Assembly (NCBI GenBank): GCA_044225365.1
Contig: JBGAIQ010000009.1
Span: 32,001-96,000, forward strand
Origin: Planctomycetota bacterium
GTDB lineage: Bacteria; Planctomycetota; B15-G4; JADJEK01
DNA: 64,000 bases
Direction of reading: 5' to 3'
Within the stretch, counting starts at the first letter, position 1. Every line of letters begins with the position of its first letter. The notes below the pieces were generated by a model that saw nothing but the letters and a program-made list of their open reading frames with translations, had not been told where the DNA came from and made no database searches. Shown here piece after piece: positions 59,087-64,000 of this stretch. The translations under genes and the position numbers were made by a program.

Positions 59087-60778
59087 TCAACCGATCGTGA
59101 TCCTCACGGCGTTCGACAGGCTGAAGCCGACGAAGGCACCGGGATCGGCCACCATGAGCTGCATCGCGATCGTCGCCTGAGCGAATCCCGCGGGAATGGT
59201 GGTGGTCACACCGAAACCGCCGTTCCCGGCACCCGAGCCGGACAGGGCGGCTGGCACGATCACGAGGAGCGGGACCTGCAGGCTGAGGAACACTCCGCCC
59301 GCCGTGATGGGAGTCGATCCGAGTTGCGGCGCCAGAAGGAGGAGGCCCGAAGCTCCGCCCAGTGCGTTCGCTGCCGTCAGCGTGATCGTTGCCCCTTCGC
59401 GGGGGCACCCGGTCGCGACCAGGGACGGCACGAGTCCGCCCGATCCCGGAAAACCCGTACCCGCGAGCACGATGCTCCCCGCGCAGCCGTTGTAGACGCG
59501 GGCCGAACCCGCATTCGATCCGGTGTCGTCGTCGTCGCGAGCGCCGATCAGGATGTCGTCGTACCCGTTCCCATCGCTGTCGCCGATCCCCGCGACGGCG
59601 AACGCGAAGATGTCGTTCACCGAGTCCTCGTTCAATTGGTACAGGAGCGCGCCGGTCTTGCCCGAATAGACGCGCGCGAGGCCGTGATTGAAACCCGTGG
59701 CGTTGCCGAGGAACGGTGTGCCCGCTTCGACATCCGGCACCCCGTCGCCGTCGACGTCGCCGAGCCCCGCGACCGACCGCCCGAAGTACATGTCGGGGAC
59801 CTCGCCGTCGAACTCGTAGAGCAAGGCGCTCGTCGCGCCGGAGAAGACACGCGCGCTCCCGGACTGCGTGCCGTTCGGATCGTCGTGGTGCGACCCGACG
59901 ATGAAGTCGTCGGCACCATCGCCATCGATGTCGTGGGCGAGGTCGACCGAGATGCCGAAGAAATCACCCGCGACGTGACCCGTCACGAGGCCGAGGAGCG
60001 GCCCGCCCGCCAAGCCCGAGAAGACGTAGCAAGCGCCAGAGTCGATCCCCTGGTAGTCGGCGTGCCACGATCCCACGGCGACGTCCGCGGCTCCGTCGTT
60101 GTTGTAGTCGCCTCCCGCGAGCACGCGGCCGAACTCCTCGAACGCCGTGACACCGCTGTAGCGTTGCAGCACCGAGCCGTTCAGTCCCGAGACCAGCGTC
60201 ACGGTCCCGCCATCCGGCCCGGGCGTGCAGTCCTCGAAGGGCGATCCGATCGCAAAGTCGACCCGCCCGTCGAGGTTGGCATCGCCGACGGACGCGACGC
60301 CATAGCCGAAATGTGCGTTGTTCTGGGTCCCGAGGAACATCGCGATGAGATTGCCGGTCGCGCCGGAGACGACGCGCACGCAGCCGACATCCGTTAGATT
60401 GCCGCTGTCGCGTCCATACGACCCGACGAGCACGTCCGGAATACCGTCGCCGTCGAGATCGCCGCCACCCGCGACCGAGATTCCCGCCTGCTCGTTCGTC
60501 TGATCGCCCGCGACGGTGAAGAGCGTCGCTCCGGTCTTTCCGGAGTAGACCCGGGCATAGCCGCCATCGACGGCGAGCGTGTCGCCCTGGTAGGCGCCTG
60601 CGATGAAGTCGAATTTGCCGTCACCATCGATGTCGCCGGCGGGGCCCACCGCACGCCCGAGACGATCGCCCGCCTTGTCGCCGAACACGGTGTAGCGCGC
60701 GCTCTGCGCCATGGCGGGATGCATCCCGCCGAGCACGGCACAGACCGAGACTGCACTTGGAAACCAAATCGACCGCAT
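59087..60778 (-). CDS. Secreted FG-GAP (integrin alpha-like) repeat protein with a C-terminal tail domain
   Basis: About 7 repeats of FG.SVA..GD.DGDG..D...G....ARVYSG; signal peptide. Confidence 0.92.
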   Translation of the reverse strand: MRSIWFPSAVSVCAVLGGMHPAMAQSARYTVFGDKAGDRLGRAVGPAGDIDGDGKFDFIAGAYQGDTLAVDGGYARVYSGKTGATLFTVAGDQTNEQAGISVAGGGDLDGDGIPDVLVGSYGRDSGNLTDVGCVRVVSGATGNLIAMFLGTQNNAHFGYGVASVGDANLDGRVDFAIGSPFEDCTPGPDGGTVTLVSGLNGSVLQRYSGVTAFEEFGRVLAGGDYNNDGAADVAVGSWHADYQGIDSGACYVFSGLAGGPLLGLVTGHVAGDFFGISVDLAHDIDGDGADDFIVGSHHDDPNGTQSGSARVFSGATSALLYEFDGEVPDMYFGRSVAGLGDVDGDGVPDVEAGTPFLGNATGFNHGLARVYSGKTGALLYQLNEDSVNDIFAFAVAGIGDSDGNGYDDILIGARDDDDTGSNAGSARVYNGCAGSIVLAGTGFPGSGGLVPSLVATGCPREGATITLTAANALGGASGLLLLAPQLGSTPITAGGVFLSLQVPLLVIVPAALSGSGAGNGGFGVTTTIPAGFAQATIAMQLMVADPGAFVGFSLSNAVRITIG

Positions 60779-61037
60779 TTCACATCTCCGACTCGAAACG
60801 GCTCCACCCCCGGCAGGGCGAGGCTCGCTGGACCCACGACGCGTCGGGCGATGGCCCCAGGGACGCGTCCCCTCGATGACGTGACTCCGATCGATTCCAT
60901 CGATGCCATGGACCGAACGGAGTCGCAAGCTCCACAGTATACTGCGGGAGATTCTACCTGCCAATCGACGACACGCGGGCCCAGTCCCTCCCTCTCTGTC
61001 GTCGACCCCTAGGAAACGGTGATTCCGAGGCTCTTGG

Positions 61038-62180
61038 ATGGCGTCGTATCGCGTCGCTCTTGGCCGACTTGCCCTGATGCTTGGCCCCTTCGTCCTCGGA
61101 GTCGTCCTCGCCGAGTGGTACGCCTCGACCACGCCGGACGGGAACGCGGCCTACTTCATCGAAGATCCCGAGCTGACGGTCGTCCGCAAGCCCGGCATCG
61201 ACGGCTACACGGTCGGCAACGCGCGCTGGATCCCTGTCCACATCAACCGCGAAGGTCTGCGCGACGACGAACTCCCGAGCATGCGCGATCCCGCCGAGTC
61301 GTGGGTGCTCTGCATCGGCGACTCCTTCACCTTCGGCGGCGGAGTCGAGACGAACGAAGCATGGCCGCAACGATTGCAGGCGATCGTCGGGACGCCGGAG
61401 TCGTCGAAGTTTCGCGTCCTCAACGGCGGCGCGAACGGTTGGGACACCCCCTGGCAGCGCCTCTACCTGGAGAAGCGCGGCCTGCCGCGGCTGAAGCCCG
61501 CGATCGTGGTGCTCGGCTTCAACTGGAACGACCTCGAGATCTCGATCGACGCTCCGCAGCAGGCCGTCGACAACTTCATCCTCTGCAAGGGCATTCCCCA
61601 GCTCGAGTGGTGCGCTCGATTCGCTTGGATCCGCGAGACGCATCTCTTCCGTCTCGCCTACAGTCGCGTTCGCAAGTCGGCCTATGTCCCGACCGACCAG
61701 GATCTGAAGAACTGGACCGCGGAGTATCGGGCCAAGCGCGAGCGCGACGCGATCACTCCCGAGCGCAAGGTCGCCGAGATTCGCAAGCGGCGATTCAAGG
61801 ACGGCAAGCCCGACGAAGCCTTCTGGCTCGCGACGGACACGAAGGACTGGAAGATCGTTCGCGAAGAGATGAAGAAGATCCGCGATCTGTGCGCCGCGCA
61901 GAACACCAAGTTCTTGGTGGCGATGCTGCCCGAGCCGACTTGGAACGGACCGGGCGTATTCCCCGGCGCGGAGCGCATGATCGCGCTGCTCGATGCGATC
62001 GGCGTGCCCTACGTCGACGTCGAGCCCGCCTTCCTCGAGCGCGACAAGGACGGTCGCCTGAACGGGCAGGGGCAAGGTCTGTGGCTGCGCTACGACCCGT
62101 TCCATCCGACGCCGAAGGGCCAGCAGATCTTCGCCGACGTGATCGCGGGGAAACTCCGTGAGCTGCATTGGATCCCGTAG
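61038..62180 (+). CDS. SGNH/GDSL hydrolase family protein
   Basis: INREGLRD, GDSFTFG, NGGANG, WND, DPFHP. Confidence 0.88.
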   Translation: MASYRVALGRLALMLGPFVLGVVLAEWYASTTPDGNAAYFIEDPELTVVRKPGIDGYTVGNARWIPVHINREGLRDDELPSMRDPAESWVLCIGDSFTFGGGVETNEAWPQRLQAIVGTPESSKFRVLNGGANGWDTPWQRLYLEKRGLPRLKPAIVVLGFNWNDLEISIDAPQQAVDNFILCKGIPQLEWCARFAWIRETHLFRLAYSRVRKSAYVPTDQDLKNWTAEYRAKRERDAITPERKVAEIRKRRFKDGKPDEAFWLATDTKDWKIVREEMKKIRDLCAAQNTKFLVAMLPEPTWNGPGVFPGAERMIALLDAIGVPYVDVEPAFLERDKDGRLNGQGQGLWLRYDPFHPTPKGQQIFADVIAGKLRELHWIP

Positions 62181-62200
62181 CTCGCGACAGCACGAGGAAG

Positions 62201-63720
62201 TCAGCGCTCGACGAAGTCGCCGCCGGTCAGGCGCGCGAGGTCGCGCAGGAAGCGGTTGGAGGCGGGCGAAGTGCCGAGGCCGATCGTCGAGATCGCGACG
62301 CGCCGCAAACGATTCTTCGACTGCAGGCAAGCTTTGATCCGCGGGTAGAGGCGCACGGCCCCGGAGGAGGGCTCTCCGTCGGTGAGGAGCACGACCGTGT
62401 CGGCGCCGTCGACGTCGATGGCTTTCACGAGTGAGTCGTAAAGGTTCGTGGAACCTTCGGCCCGGATCGACGAGAGCGACTCCATCGCCGCCGCGACGCT
62501 CGCGCTGCTCCGCTTGCGCAGCGGCGCGGACTCGACGTGCGGCTCGTCCGAGAACGCGATGATTCCGAACTCGGTTCCGTCGGGAAGTGCGTTCAGTACC
62601 TGGGCGAGCGCCGCGCGCGCGCCGTCGATCTTGGATCGACCATCGGGCCCCGGTTCGCGCATCGATCCCGAGTGATCGATCACGAACACGACGCGATCGG
62701 AGACGATGGGGATGCCGTAGAACTGCGCCTCCGATCGCATGCCGCTCGTGGCGCGAGAAGCGTTTGCGGCTCCGCCCGGTATGGGTTTCGCCGAGTTCGC
62801 GGGGAGAGGAGCGCGCGGGGAGACGAAATCCCGACCGTGCATGCTCCACCACTGCATCCAGTCCGTAGCCTGATTCGGGATCTCGAGGCCCGTGATCTCC
62901 CGCAGCGCCTGCCACGCCATGTCGCGCGCTCGCGCGCGCGGATGCGCGAGGAGTTCGACGAGGCGCGGCACGCACGGCTTCGTTGCGTAGCGCGTCGCCT
63001 CTTCGATCGCCTGCACCAGCAGGGGCCGCAGGGGCAGGTCCGCGCGCAGATCGCGGCGCGACAACACCTCGGCCGTCACCGCGGCGCCGCGCACGGGGTC
63101 GATCTCGAAATACCGCGAGAGCGCGGCGACCTGCACCTCTTCGCGCGGCGACTGCATGAAGCGATCGAGGAGCGCCACCGCATCGGGACCACCGAGCCGA
63201 CCGACCGATTCCGCTGCGACCGACCTCACGAGCGGATCGGGATCGGTATCGACCAGTTCGACGAGACGATCGCGCGTCGAGCGGGCCTTCACGAATCCGC
63301 ATGCGCAGGCCGCCGCCGCGCGCGTGGCCGCAGCCGGATCGGAGAGCGCGGGCAGGAGTTCGATGTCGACCCCCGGCGGTTCGAGATCGGCGAGCGCATC
63401 CGCGGCGACCCGTCGCAAGTTGGAGTCGTGACTGCCAAGGCCACGCTTCACGAGTTCGGCGACCACCGCGCTCGAACGATCGCGCGTCATCGCGAGGAAG
63501 GCCTCGTCGCGCACCAGCGCGTCGCGATCGTTCGCCGCGAGCGGAAGGATCCAGCGAATCGCCGCGGCGCCGTACTCGCCCGCTTCGTGCGCGGCGCCCG
63601 CGCGCTCGGCGGACTCGGCGGATTGCAGCGACTTCTTCAGGTTCGCGGGAACCTCGCCGCAGACGGCCCGCGTGGATAGAGCGAGCAGCGCCAGGATGGC
63701 CGCGAGGAAACGCCGCGACG
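62201..63720 (-). CDS. HEAT-repeat + VWA domain protein; start uncertain
   Basis: HEAT repeats (VRSVAAESVGRLG); FYGIPIVSDRVVFVIDHSGSM MIDAS; LLTDGEP; LARLTGG. Confidence 0.85.
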
Positions 63721-64000
63721 ACGATCGCTCCCGCTGCTTCGGGCGTGCTTCGTTCGCGGTCAGTTCGTCTCGATCGCGCGCAGAGCCGGGCGCGCAGCGA
63801 CCGCGAGGATCCGCTCGCTCGCCATCTTGCGTCGATGCGGCTTCTTCGCGCGCGAAGGCTTCTCCGACGCTGTCTCGATGAATCCCTGGAGTTGATCGAT
63901 GAGGTCGACCCATGACGATCCGTGATTCAGCTCGAACGCACCGCGGCGGCCGTTGTGCAGTTCGAGCGCGACGCCGCGCGTCACGCTGCCCGAGCGGGCA

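Overview
GC-rich bacterial DNA, probably Planctomycetota (inferred from the style of the FG-GAP, LamG/GSDH, redoxin and kinase genes). There are three parts. (1) About 1.5-39.5 kb is a long run of short accessory genes, almost all on the minus strand. Its right end is a recognisable integron: a 5'-truncated integron integrase (38954-~39460) lies in the same orientation as its cassettes, followed by attC hairpins that are intact near intI and increasingly eroded further away. The first gene-bearing cassette is a three-gene TIR-TIR-SLATT (DUF4231) operon, a candidate Thoeris-like anti-phage system with a membrane effector. A complete ISL3 element (31211-32750, 8-bp target duplication) splits one cassette gene. 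Two non-canonical attC-like site types are present (GTTATCC cores, and a 170-bp CCTAAAT...ATTTAGG hairpin). (2) About 39.7-45.4 kb is an imuA-imuB-dnaE2 mutagenesis operon, divergent from the intI remnant, with two GTTC-N7-GTTC LexA-type boxes over its promoter. (3) About 45.4-64 kb holds mostly secreted or envelope genes: a redoxin/cytochrome c/Cu-monooxygenase fusion, a di-heme enzyme, an orphan CpaF, LamG-GSDH-PKD and FG-GAP proteins sharing a C-terminal tail, a Ser/Thr kinase, an SGNH hydrolase and a HEAT-VWA protein, plus a 3x35-bp palindromic repeat. No rRNA, tRNA or CRISPR array was seen. All family calls come from motif recognition by eye; no database searches were run.
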